Origin: Callorhinchus milii
Taxonomy: Eukaryota
Length of the DNA stretch: 64,000 nucleotides
Assembly (NCBI RefSeq): GCF_018977255.1
Contig: NW_024704743.1
Coordinates: 13,084,001 to 13,148,000 of the forward strand
Direction: 5' to 3'
Below the pieces are notes generated by a model. That model was not told the DNA's origin. It saw nothing but the letters and a program-made list of their open reading frames with translations, and did not search any database. Numbering within the stretch: position 1 is the stretch's first letter; each line of letters opens with the position of its first letter. Positions 51,391 to 63,539 of this stretch are shown in pieces. A program made the translations under genes and the position numbers.

Positions 51391-52529
51391 TGCTAAAATA
51401 GGAAATAATTCAACTTCAGTTACTATTACAGTCGAGCGCCTGACTTCTGCACACCAGATAACCACCTACCCGTTCAATCGCAATATGGCCACAATTCCAG
51501 AAGTAATGTCAGCAATATCCGAACATGCAAAAGCAGTTTTTAATTGTTTTTTGGGAGGTAGAATTTGATGGTTTTGTAAGTACTGTATACACATGCAAAA
51601 CTCTAAGCAGCCATTATTCTTACAATTTCATACCAACATTGAATAATAATATAATCCTTGAATTTGATATAGCGCCTCATCACGTTGTTGAGATGTCTCA
51701 AAGTGCTTCACAGAATATACCGTAAAATGGATTGACTGTCTATTTTGTGGGTAAAACCTCCTGCGCGTTCCCTAAGCCATGGGTCAGATTCCTTGTTCAC
51801 GTGGCTAGCAATCTGGTGCCAGCGTGATTCAGCTAGTATAAATTCAGCAAGTGTATAGCAACTTGTCTTTATATAGCGCGCTTCACACAGGCAGTGTCTC
51901 AGTGCGTTTTGTAGTACAAATTCAGTAGAATTTAGTACATATCCAGTTTGGCAAAAGCTATGTTTAACTTGTGTTTCCAGTGTTTCACACTTTGCTAATT
52001 TCATTTAACTTACTATATGGCATCTATTTTTGCTCCACTATGGAGTAAAACATTTTTGGTTCAATTTTATTCCGAGTGATGACCTGATAATTCACACCAT
52101 TATCAAATTCACACGACAGACAGTCCCAAAAGATGCAGTTGATACGTGATAAGGTGCTATTTCAAATGCAAGGATTATTATTATTATTATATCAAGCTAC
52201 TGTATGTCTCAAACTTTACCAACCAGCTACTGAATATTGTTTTCAAAATTGACTAACACGTTCAAAACAAGTGCACAAATTTATAGCTGAAGATGCAGAC
52301 TTCAAGTTCAAGGGGGCTGTTTCACTCAGTTAACAACTCCATGCTGACCTCCTCATTTTATAATCATTTTAAAGTGCAAGGTTGCAATAAAGCCAGTCAT
52401 CTCCAGAGGCCACTTGTATATTTATCCCATCCCCAGAAGCCTTTGCTTTGTGGATTTACCCCATCCTTAGAGACAGTTAGTGCTGTGGATTTACCTCATA
52501 CCCAGACTACACTGGGGGTGTGGACTTAC

Positions 52530-52580
52530 CCATCTGGACTGAAGAGCAGTCCACAAATGACAGTAACACAGAGCTGCTGA
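52530..52580 (-). other. Candidate 51-nt internal exon ending in ATG-G
   Basis: Acceptor tcccactttgctttttgcag| and donor TGG|GTAAGT, both near consensus; no stop codon in any frame. Confidence 0.4.
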
Positions 52581-52904
52581 CTGCAAAAAGCAAAGTGGGA
52601 GTTTATTTCACAACTGCAGGCGGACATTCTCTTCTGTATGGAAAGTACATATAGGCCAAAGGTATAAAAATGACATCAACAGCCTGCTCTGGAGGTTGAA
52701 CCGTCAGCCCACCCATGGCGAGTTGCCGAGTAGCACTGGAGGAGGCTTTATCTTAGTCCCTCCATAGGAGAGGAAAATAACGAGTGTTCTGACTTGAAGC
52801 AGAGCCGCATATCACCCTTGTGTACTCTCTGAACGCTGCTATATAAATATGTGGCACTGAACAATGAATGTTGAGCCAAGAGGAACAGTCCAGCTGCCTT
52901 CATT

Positions 52905-53500
52905 TTAATAATAATCCTTGCATTTGATATAGTGCCTTATCACGTCATCGAGACGTCTCAAAGCGCTTAATAATAATTCTTGCATTTGATATTGCGCTTT
53001 TCACATCGGGAGGACGTCCCAAAGCGCTTCACAGAATACACTGTAAAGTGAATTGACTGTATATTTTGTGGGTGATACGCAACAGCCAATCGCGAACAGA
53101 GTATCCCACAAACAGTCGTGGATTGAAGTGAACAATTTATTATTTTTTTAAGGAATTATTATCCCCATAAAAGCGATCCACCAATCAACTAGCAACCGGG
53201 TTCCTATTTGCTGCTAAGTAAACGGAGGTGTGTGAAGTAAGGAAACTTGCCCAAAATTTCGCCCTGCTGGGAATCAAACCCAACTCTCTCGCTTGTGAGG
53301 TCCACCTTAAAGGTAACAAAACCTTAAGCAACAAGAACACCCTCAAGCATTTCACACTCCTTTTTCCAAAAATAATAATCCATGCATTTGTTACAGCGCC
53401 TTAGCACATTGTTGACATCTCAATGCGCTTCACAGAATATATTGTAAAGTGAATTGACTGTATTTTGTGGACGAAACGTAGCACAATTAATTGCACACAG
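52905..53500 (-). mobile_element. Tandem SINE family A cluster (tail, near full-length 52970-53300, tail)
   Basis: Three taataat(c/t)c.tgcatttg tails; central domain and head remnant ctcgcttgtgagg. Confidence 0.88.
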
Positions 53501-54510
53501 GAAGAATAGCTTGGTCAAGATGGTGAAAAGGAGAGAGGCAGTTTTTCCCTTGGACTGCAGTTTTATCTAAACAATGACAATTCATCAATAAACTAATTGT
53601 AAGTATTTTTCATACCACAGCAATATGACACCAAAAACACTGCAACCAGAATCACTGCACACAATCAGATGGTAATTTAGGTTTTCATGGGGAGGGGGTG
53701 GGGAGGAGAAGAGGGAATAGAGAGAACGACAAAGAGAGTCCAAAATACTTCTGGGACCCCGCCAACAACTTATTAAAAGCAAAGTTGCACTATTTCATAT
53801 TTGTCACCATTTTGGTCACTATTGACGTAACTCACAGTTCTGAAACTTTAAAACCTACAGCCTCCAGATTGGGGTCAAGAACTCAGCCACTGGCGGTCAT
53901 GTTCACAGAAACGTACATCACAGAGAAGAAAAAGGATCAATATGACAGAAGACACAACCCACTTTCGGGGTTAAAGGTCAATTTTACTGCAACATTTTGA
54001 CTCCCCTTAATCTGGTTCTTGCGAGGATTTCTAGAAAATTCAATTTGTTCTTTGCAATCCACAGCTTGCTAATCAAAGGAACTACATCAGTGCTGCCCTC
54101 AAATTCTCTGCAACGCAGCTCTGCAACTAGCCATTAGCTATCTGCTCATTGTCTGTCACACTATTAAAACAGCATAAACAGAAACGCCACACACTTTGCC
54201 ACTTGCCAGTCAGCACAGTATCAAATCATCTGTGGAAAATAGTATTCTCTTTGGTGCAACAGATTAGTAATAAAGCATCTCTTTGTTACCTTGGTAGCAA
54301 CAATCTTACAGAATAAAAAATATCAATTGTCATTTTCCATTTCTTCAAACAGTGTGATTTTTAAAAAAAATCCAGTTTAGAAATGCTGCTGCAGAATCAT
54401 CAGAAGCAAAACACAGTCCCAGCATCAGAAAACTTTTCATATTGAGTTTACCATCTGATCTTAAGGACAAAGGTAAATAGCAGAACATTAATGCTGTGTT
54501 CTGTACTTAC

Positions 54511-54850
54511 CACGACAGGCGAGCTTTAACTGTGGCCACATTTCCACAACAGATTTACCCACACACTGAAGTGTGAGCAGGAATTTTTTCCTCCGAGCTC
54601 GATTGAATTAAAGTTTACTAATTGCTTCCCAGCACAGCATTACACAACTGAGCTCAAAGCGTTGGTATTCTTCCGTCTACACCGAGTAGTTTCACAGCGG
54701 GAACAGCTGTCATGGTTTTGCAAATTTCACATTGGCTGCCACAAGCGACATCACGCAATACCCTTTGGAAAGCACCTAAGTGTAATACAGTGACTAGTTT
54801 CGAAACCAGGGAGACCACTTCCTGCTGCACATAATGTGGAGGATTTAACC
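54511..54850 (-). other. Candidate alternative first exon or promoter
   Basis: Donor GTG|GTAAGT at 54510; ATG at 54541 gives MWPQLKLACR; CpG-retaining unique DNA with ATTGG (CCAAT on minus) at 54731 and ETS-like CACTTCCTG near 54816. Confidence 0.3.
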
Positions 54851-55339
54851 AACGACATTGCCTCAAAGGGTGCAGCCCAAGAGAAGCCCAGCCCACATCA
54901 GCACTTCTGCCAAAAAAAACATACACTTTCAAAACAAAATACATCTGCCTTCTTACAGACAAGTGAGAAACCAGAACACATACACATCCAGATTTTTTTT
55001 GTAAATAGCCAGTCACCATTCGAAAGAAAATCAATTCAAAATGTATTCAGCAAAATGCATCGACTCGGATTTTATGGGGTTTTACGGTTTTCAGTTTTTA
55101 GGATACAAAAGGCTGGCATTTTTCATTTGTCTTCTATATTTTGCTGTAGGAAGTGTATTAATATCCCTTCTAGATTACTAGTTTGTCTCCAGAGACAAGC
55201 CATGCCCCAGGAGGTGTCTCATATCGAAAAATGGACAGTTTTCCTGGCTAAGAATCTTCCAAGTCAGTGTTCTCCGAGTCAGTGCTCCTCTTGTCTCTGC
55301 ATCCAATAAACCAGACTTGATAGGGAAAGCACACGGAAT

Positions 55340-55640
55340 ATAATTTTGCAGCACTTTTCACATGAGGACGACGTCTCAAAGTGCTTGGGAGCTGATTGGG
55401 AGCCAGAGTCAGGGAAGGGGGGGCAAAAAGAGCTAAGGAAGGGGGTTGGAGAGGGGGGCGGAGGGGGGACAGAATAAAGGAGATCAAAAGCACAGGTGAA
55501 AAGATAAGACTTAAAACAGGTTTTGAAGGTGGAATGAGGTGAGGCAGAGGGATTATGGGATGGTGTTCCAGAGAGGGAGCAGAATGGCTGAAAGCTTGCC
55601 CACCAATGGTGGAGTGGATTAGACATGAAGCAGGCCAGTG
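55340..55640 (-). mobile_element. L2 3' end, degraded
   Basis: HSTIGGQAFSHSAPSL, STFKTCFKSYLF and a tail remnant. Confidence 0.8.
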
Positions 55641-55769
55641 GTTACTGAGCAGAGGGAACCTTTCATGCCACATTTTTGGGGCTCCTGGACAAAGCAAAAT
55701 CATGATATAAAAAAAAGACAAAAAGAACTGGAATCACATTAACATTCCCGTCCATGGATCCATGGATGA

Positions 55770-56560
55770 ACACGCTGTGGAGCTTGGCATAAAGCCATGC
55801 ACACTAGGAAAGCCTTATGATAAATTCTTGGTCTGTGCTAAGTGTGATGATCTCAGCCAAGGGGCAGTGGAGGCCTTGTAACTGGTGAACATTCCCATGC
55901 TATAGAGGAAACCAGTGTGACAGACCCCACCCCTCACTTGCCACTTTATGCTGGAAATAGTGTGGATGCCAGATGAAGACAGAATTGGCTGAACTCTGAT
56001 GGTTGCCATGGTCGAATTGTTTGCCAACAGTCATTGTTCAGACTTGCACATAAAGAATTTGCACTTGGGTGAAGTATTGAGGGCCGCTAATACTTCTTAA
56101 GCAACACACCAACACAAACTGTCAAGTTTGGGGATGGGGGGTGTGTGGGAAGAGGCAGGAAGAAAAAACTCAGGACAATTCTTGCCCAGTATTGTAGAAA
56201 TCAGTGTAAAACAAAAACTACATTGTTTTTTTCAAGCTCCTTCTATGGGTGAGTGATCTTATTTACAGACTAGATCAGAGGTTCCATCTCCAGTTTTGAC
56301 ACAAGCAAAGTACGGCTTCTCCACTTTCTCCGAGTGCCCCAGGTTAGGTGAGTCTCAGGTGGCGTTCCCGCATTTAATCACCATCAAGTCACTGTTCATG
56401 TGAGAAGGTTGTCCAAGGATAGATAGGATCCGGTTTGGATACAAGGCCCACCTTGGTCTAAAAATCATGGTCATTATTTGTAAGGAATAACGAGCACTTG
56501 GATGAGGTACTGGAAGGCACTCATAGCCTATGGAACTATCCCCAAGAAATATGAAGAGAA
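55770..56560 (+). mobile_element. Ancient SINE-like repeat fragments (family C; related patches at about 2960-3230, 17640-17930, 49875-50180)
   Basis: Loosely shared motifs gctggaa(a/g)t, cacttgg(g/a)tga(a/g)gta(t/c)tg, ctaggaa; very degenerate. Confidence 0.3.
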
Positions 56561-56826
56561 AGGATACGTTATCATTATTATAATTGGCATTATGTGTACA
56601 AGTTTGCTACATTTTTAGCTCTTTAAACATTATATTTACAATGTAATCAGTGTTTGTATAACTATTTATTTATATATTTAGGTGCCCTTAAATACACTAA
56701 AAATTTAGTGAAGAGTACAACAGCAAGTTTGCACAATAACCCACCTCCCACCACAAAACAAAAAAAACATGGTTTACATCACACCATATCCGTAAAGAAA
56801 TGAACATCTTTGTTGACCGTTTATTT

Positions 56827-57005
56827 ATAATCCTTGCTTTGATATAGTGCCTTATCACGTCTTCAAGACGTCTCAAAGTGCTTCATAGAATTTACCGTCA
56901 AGTGTAGTAACTGTATATTTTATGGGCGAAACAATTGTGCACAGAAGAGTCTACAAATGGTCATTGATTTATTATTATTATGAAGGGATTATTACCCCCG
57001 GAAAA
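56827..57005 (-). mobile_element. SINE family A 3' half
   Basis: atccttgctttgatatagtgccttatcacgtcttcaagacgtctcaaagtgcttca. Confidence 0.85.
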
Positions 57006-57307
57006 GCGAGGGAAAAGTTTGAAAAGTAAAAGTTTGAACAAGTATAAAGTGAGAAAAGATTGTTTGTTTGGTCATTTAAAATCTCCAGATCATGTCTGTA
57101 GATGTGTATGGATGCTAAAATTGACCAACATCAGTCCAGTAGTCTCATCAGCCAAGAGAAGTCTATGCACTCCAGTCAAGTTAGTCAAGGGATCTCCTTG
57201 AATGACATCACTTTTCAGACTGATTGTGAGTGACCTCATCTTTGCTTTGAATTGCTATCAAGTTTTTTCTGTAGAAAAGCAATAAACACACCGGTGACAG
57301 GAAATGC

Positions 57308-57480
57308 CACTTTGGTTCAGTTGGTAGCACTTTCACTTCTCCATTTTAGCCCCACCTACTATAAGAGTCATGCATTGCTTCACATAAAATATTAAAATCA
57401 AGGTCTCATCTACTTATTCTGGTGGGCATTAAAAATCCAATGGTACAACTATAAGGGTTTTCCTGCCGACATTGCTGCCT
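57308..57480 (+). mobile_element. Deu-domain SINE, degraded
   Basis: ggttcagttggtagcact head; ggtctcatctac...ggtgggcattaaaaatcc. Confidence 0.55.
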
Positions 57481-58811
57481 CCCTCACCCACATTCCCCAC
57501 CCCCCCCCTCACCAAAGGCTAATTTGTCATCACATAAGGTGCTGGATGAAATGCTTCTGCAATAAACAAGCAGCATTGCCTTTAGATTTCTGTGAAGAGT
57601 AATAGAGCAACCAATGATTTGTGCAACTGTACTGTAGATGTTCTTCCCTCATCACGATCTCAGTAAAGCACAACGGAAGGCATTTGAAATGTTCATACTA
57701 TGTGCCCCTGAACTGTGAAAAACACCTCACAGTATAATGATATATTTGGTGCTATTTCAGGCTGTTTAATAACCAAGGGAGGGAGAAGGAAGTGGAAAGA
57801 AGCACTAGTGGCAATACTGATGGGAGCAATTCTAGGTTATGAATTACAATTATCTGAAAAAAGCATGTATGATTTTTACTTTCTCATACTGATACCCAAA
57901 ACAGAGAGGAGAATAAACATCACTTTAATTTACGTACAACCTTTCCCATTAGACTCAGAGCATTGTGATGGATATTCAAATATCAGAGTTCAATACCGTT
58001 GCAATCATTGACTATTTAGCAACTGGTTGCGAGCACTAAGTCTTAGTGCAATACTCTCCAGTTGATGTATTCATCAAGTGTACAGAATGAATAAAAGCAG
58101 AGGTTTACAGATAATTCCTCAGTCAAGAATGTAAATAAACACACCGAGGGTAAACAATGGTAACATTTGCAGAAGGCAACATCTGATAATGCACTTGGTT
58201 GTCAACTTTAGATTTTAGATTTGACTAATTTTAAAGTCAAAATTTTGTAATTTGAATAACAGCTAAAATCTTCAATTTAGTCACCATTTATCTACAATGG
58301 TTAAAACTAGGCAGCTGAAAGAAATATCCTGATTTACCTCATTTCTATGTCAATTCACCAGTAACACCACCATGGTTCTGCCATCAATTAGATGCTGGAA
58401 AAATCAGAACCCAAACTTTTGAAAACTACCTACAAATCAACTTATTTGTGAACTGGAAAGATAACTTTAAATCTGACTTTTGTTACCTAGAGTTATTTTA
58501 GTCAATCGACTAACTACTTCACACCATTCAGAAAAAGCACCAAAGATTTCACTCCTCTAGTTTAGCTTATTTGATCAAGACTATAGAAACGCATTTTTTT
58601 AAAAAAAACTCAAGCGGGAAGACCATAGCATTTTGCGAAAAGCAAAAAGAGCAACTCAGGAAGTAAAATGCAGCGCTTATGCAGGGAATCCAATGTACAT
58701 CATGGTGACTTGAGAGGTCTCTGCTCCAACCTGAGATCATCTCGGAGCAGAGTTATTACAGGTCACTCTGGTTTACACAGCATTGCCAGCACAAAATGCA
58801 CTTTACATACA

Positions 58812-59175
58812 TGGAGTCCTGTAGAGTATCGGTTAGAGCACTTGCCTCACAAGCGAGAGGACCCAGGTTCGATTCACAGGCAGAGCAAAACCTTAAGCAA
58901 GTTTCCTTACTTCACACACCTCTGTTTATCTTGCAGTAAACAGGAAAGAAGGAACCCAGTTGTTAGTCGATTGGCGTATTGCTTTCCAGGGTTAATAGTC
59001 CCTTAAAAAAATGTGGTCACTCAATTCACAACTGTATGTGGGAAACTGCTGAGCGCATTTGGCTGCCGCGTTTCACCCACAAAATACAATCAATCCACTT
59101 TACAATATATTCTGTTTGAGACGTCTCAACGACATGAAAAGGTACTATATCAAATGCAAGGAATATTATTATTAT
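58812..59175 (+). mobile_element. SINE family A, old long subfamily, full length
   Basis: Head with CTCACAA loop and GGTTCGATT B box, central cctctgtttatcttgcagtaaa...gttagtcgattggcg, tail. Confidence 0.92.
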
Positions 59176-60979
59176 ACGATTACATCCCAAGGTGCCTTTT
59201 CTGGTGATTGTGTAATTTACGTTGTGGTTTTTCCACTCAATCTCTTCAAGCTCGATGTCTATACTAGAATTGGAATTCTCATTTAGGAAGCATTGGACTA
59301 TACTGCTACCAGAATCAACAATTGACTGAAACGACTTTACACAAGGATAATCAACAGGAAAGGTGATTAATTTCATTCTCAAACCACTCAATGCTGCAAA
59401 GGGAAGAAAGTATTCTTGAAGGATTAGAATAATGGGGCAAAGAGATTTCTTTATTCAAGGCTATCTTATGAATTTGACAAAACCATGTTTGACAATTGTT
59501 ATTGAGTATGTTTTGAGATCGTTTTACCATCTATGTTTTGGTCAGTCTTCAGATACAAGTCTTCACTTAGGAGCATAGGAAACATGAACACGTGAAGTCC
59601 ATTTCAGCTTATTGAGCCTGTTCTACCAGTTTATTAGGGCTTGGCAGACCTTTCAAGCATAATGCACTGCCCTTTTGCCATACCCTTGAATAGCTCCACT
59701 AGCCAAGTATCTGTCTATCTCTCATTTTAAACATCCTTACTGATTCTACTTCCACAACTTTCTGGGGCAAAGCCTTCCACATCTTCACAATTCACAACTG
59801 TTTGTGTGATAGTTTTGAATTGGCTACAGATAAATTGTGATACTTGGCAGCAGAAGTCTTGTCTTTTTCACAAGAATCTCACACAACTTATCTTCTCATT
59901 GTAATGGAGGAGGAACACCAATGACAAATAACTCCATATCACATCATTCATCTGGGCTGGCTATGCAGACACAAACATCAAGACAGACATTAAATTCCTA
60001 ATTGGTCATGCCTTCCTCAAAAGGTGCAGTATTGCACAAGTTTATCTTTGCAATTTGTTATAGTTTCCATTGTCAAAACCACTGCTAGTTTTGCCTGGAA
60101 ACTACAAATTATCCAACAATTACCTGGTCACACAACTGCCTCGTGATGTGTTTCCACCAGTAATATACAACACGTTCTTCTTCTGGGTGTTCACAGCAAC
60201 CCAGCTTCTAAATACCCTCAGCTACATTTAAGGGGCTGAGTAGCAACGAACAACCCCCTTAAGTTCCAATTATATTGGCTTCAAAGAAACACAAGCATTC
60301 TTTGTGTATCAGCAATTCACTGCACACTCGCTGATGTGCTCCAAAATACAGTAGAACCCGATTACAACATGCTGTTACAACACAAGTTCACCTAAAGTGT
60401 AAGTGAAGTGTGAACCCCCACATTTACTTAACAAAAAGTACAACATGCACAGTGCGCAAGATGTCATCAGTGACCTGACTGAAAGTTGTTTGTTTGGGCT
60501 TCCCACATGCCAACCAGCAATTTGAAGCAACAATGGAGCCAGCTGTCTTTCTGCCCATTATGGAGAGTGAATATGGAAGTGCTGACCAGCAGTCGTGCAC
60601 TGGTATGAGGCAGGTTGAGATTTTATGGACACCAACCACAAAGTTATAACAGGACTTAACTATACCTATTGCAACACAGAAGCCTGAGCATGCAGTGTGT
60701 GTACGCCACTGTTCCATTGTGGATTTACCCTACGTATAAGTATGTGACGGGCTCATACATTGGGTCAATCCATTTAATCTGATAAGCACATTAGGCACTT
60801 TCAGAGTGAGCCACGACATGTAATTTATACTCACATAGCACCTTTCAGGTAGGTTTGAACACCAAAATGTTTCATGACAGTGAAGATCCCCAAGCAGGGA
60901 AAAAAGGAGGGAAGGGTGAGGATGCGGCAAGTAGCAGTCACCAGCAGCAACACAATAGAACTACAACTTACATTAAACA

Positions 60980-61096
60980 ATCGTGGGGAGAGAGCAGGGT
61001 AGTGGGACTGATTGTGTAGCTCTTGCAAAGAGCCGCCACAGGCATGATGAGCCGAATGGCCTCCTTCTGTGTTGTAATATTCTATGAATCTATGAT
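60980..61096 (+). mobile_element. CR1 3'UTR end
   Basis: gagccgaatggcctccttctgtgttgtaatattctatgaatctatga. Confidence 0.88.
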
Positions 61097-61214
61097 TAAC
61101 AGGAAATACTTAGCTTAGCATGTAACCAGACAAACCTGTAGCCATAAAACAGTCATTTTGCAATGGAATGCTGCACAAAATAAAAGAAATTGAAAGGACA
61201 AATGAACTGTGCAC

Positions 61215-61350
61215 CATTTGCTGCCATGTTTCACCCACAAAATATGCAGTCAATTCACTTTACAGTATATTCTGTGAAGCACTTTGAGACGTCTCAATGA
61301 CGTGATAAGGCGCTATATCAAATGCAACGATTATTGTTATATTATTATGA
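61215..61350 (+). mobile_element. SINE family A tail
   Basis: cagtcaattcactttacagtatattctgtgaagc...gacgtgataaggcgctatatcaaatgc. Confidence 0.9.
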
Positions 61351-61826
61351 TCATAAAGGTCTAAATACACATTATTCACAATCTGGATTTGAGGCACTAA
61401 TTTCTATTTGTGAATATTGAAAGCCACCTAAATTGTGATGTCTTGGGGGGAAAAAGGCTTATTGAGATTCCTGAAAGCTAGCAAAGTCCCAAAAGGCCCA
61501 GGTTTTAACATTAATCTCTCCAGACTATGCATCGAGGATGGCAGTACATGTCTATGAACTGAGCAATTTGATGCAGAAAAGCACAATTCTTCACAAGAGC
61601 ACCTTTCCAGTGTGTAGATTGCTGAACAGCAGAGTGCTATACAATGACCTTTAGCATTTCTGACAACAACATTTTGATACAACAGAAGTAATGCTGTATT
61701 TTATCCCCTGCTCACGGCTAGATGAGTACAGACGCTCAGCATGAACACACAATATGTTTGCCTTGCAGGATATAAACATAACCTCTTCCACAATTTAATC
61801 AGGAGACTCCCCACTTCCGCTCACCA

Positions 61827-63532
61827 CTCCCTGTGCTGCCCCCTCTCCCTGTGCTGCCCCTCCCCTCTGCCCTCTCCCTGTGCTGCCCCCCTCTCCCTGT
61901 GCTGCCCCACCCCCCCTCTCCCTGTGCTGCCCCGCCCCCTCTCCCTGTGCTGCCCCCCTCTCCCTGTGCTGCCCCACCCCCCCCTCTCCCTGTTGCTGCC
62001 CGCCCCCCCTCTCCCTGTGCTGCCCCCTCTCCCTGTGCTGCCCCACCCCCCCCCTCTCCCTGTGCTGCCCCCCCTCTCCCTGTGCTGCCCCCCCTCTCCC
62101 TGTGCTGCCCCACCCCCCCCCTCTCCCTGTGCTGCCCCCTTCTCCCTGTTGCTGCTGTCCCCCCCCTCTCCCTGTGCTGCCCCCTCTCCCTGTGCTGCCC
62201 CACCCCCCTCTCCTGTGCTGCCCCCCTCTCCCTGTGCTGCCCCCCTCTCCCTGTGCTGCCCCCCTCTCCCTGTGCTGCCCCCCTCTCCCTGTGCTGCCCC
62301 ACCCCCCCCTCTCCCTGTGCTGCCCCCCCTCTCCCTGTGCTGCTGTCCCCCCCCCTCTCCCTGTGCTGCCCCCCCTCTCCCTGTGCTGCCCCACCCCCTC
62401 TCCCTGTGCTGCCCCCCTCTCCCTGTGCTGCCCCCTCTCCCTGTGCTGCCCCCCTCTCCCTGTGCTGCCCCCCTCTCCCTGTGCTGCCCCCCTCTCCCTG
62501 TGCTGCCCCCCCCCTCTCCCTGTGCTGCCCCCCTCTCCCTGTGCTGCCCACCACCCCTCTCCCTGTGCTGCCTCCCCCCTCTCCCTGTGCTGCCCCACCC
62601 CCTCTCCCTGTGCTGCTGTCCCCCCCCTCTCCCTGTGCTGCCCACCCCTCTCTCCCTGTGCTGCTGTCCCCCCCCCCCTCTCCCTGTGCTGCTGCCCCCC
62701 TCTCCCTGTGCTGTGTCCCCCTCTCCCTGTGTTGTGTCCCCCCCCCCTCCCTGTGCTGCTGCCCCCCTCTCCCTGTGCTGTGTCCCCCCTCTCCCTGTGC
62801 TGTGTCCCCCTCTCCCTGTGCTGTGTCCCCCCTCTCTCCCTGTGCTGCTCCCCCCCCTCTCCCTGTGCTGTCCCCCCTCTCTCCCTGTGCTGCTGTCCCC
62901 CCTCTCCCTGTGCTGTCCCCCCCTCTCTCCCTGTGCTGTCCCCCCCTCTCTCCCTGTGTGCTGTCCCCCCCTCTCCCTGTGCTGTCCCCCCCTCTCTCCC
63001 TGTGCTGCTGTCCCCCCCTCTCCCTGTGCTGCTCCCCCCCTCTCTCCCTGTGCTGCCCCCCCCCTCTCCCTGTGCTGCTCCCCCCTCTCTCCCTGTGCTG
63101 CCCCCCCTCTCTCCCTGTGCTGCCCCCCCCCTCTCCCTGTGCTGTGTCCCCCCTCTCTCCCTGTGCTGTGTCCCCCCTCTCTCCCTGTGCTGCCCTCCAC
63201 CTCTCCCTGTGCTGTCCCCCCCCTCTCTCCCTGTGCTGCCCCCCCCCCCCCCCCTCTCTCCCTGTGCTGCTCCCCCCTCTCTCCCTGTGCTGCCCCCCCC
63301 CCTCTCTCCCTGTGCTGCCCCCCCTCTCTCCCTGTGCTGCCCCCCCCCTCTCTCCCTGTGCTGCCCCCCCCCTCTCTCCCTGTGCTGCCCCCCCTCTCTC
63401 CCTGTGCTGTCCCCCCCCCCTCTCTCCCTGTGCTGCCCCCCCTCTCTCCCTGTGCTGCCCCCCCCCTCTCCCTGTGCTGCCCCCCCCCCTCTCCCTGTGC
63501 TGCCCCCCCCCTCTCTCCCTGTGCCCCCCCCC
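61827..63532. repeat. Minisatellite, unit about 17-24 bp, core CTCTCCCTGTGCTG + C-run, roughly 80-90 copies
   Basis: Directly visible tandem array; the + strand is almost free of A and the minus strand is G-rich. Confidence 0.99.
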
Positions 63533-63539
63533 GTGTTAA

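Noticed and set aside
52449..52533. CRISPR-like repeat-spacer pattern
   Set aside because: Only three short imperfect repeats, in a vertebrate context with no cas genes
60347..60420. Possible Tigger/pogo TIR (TA-CAGTAGAACCCG); similar motif at 51428
   Set aside because: No matching second TIR or transposase remnant found
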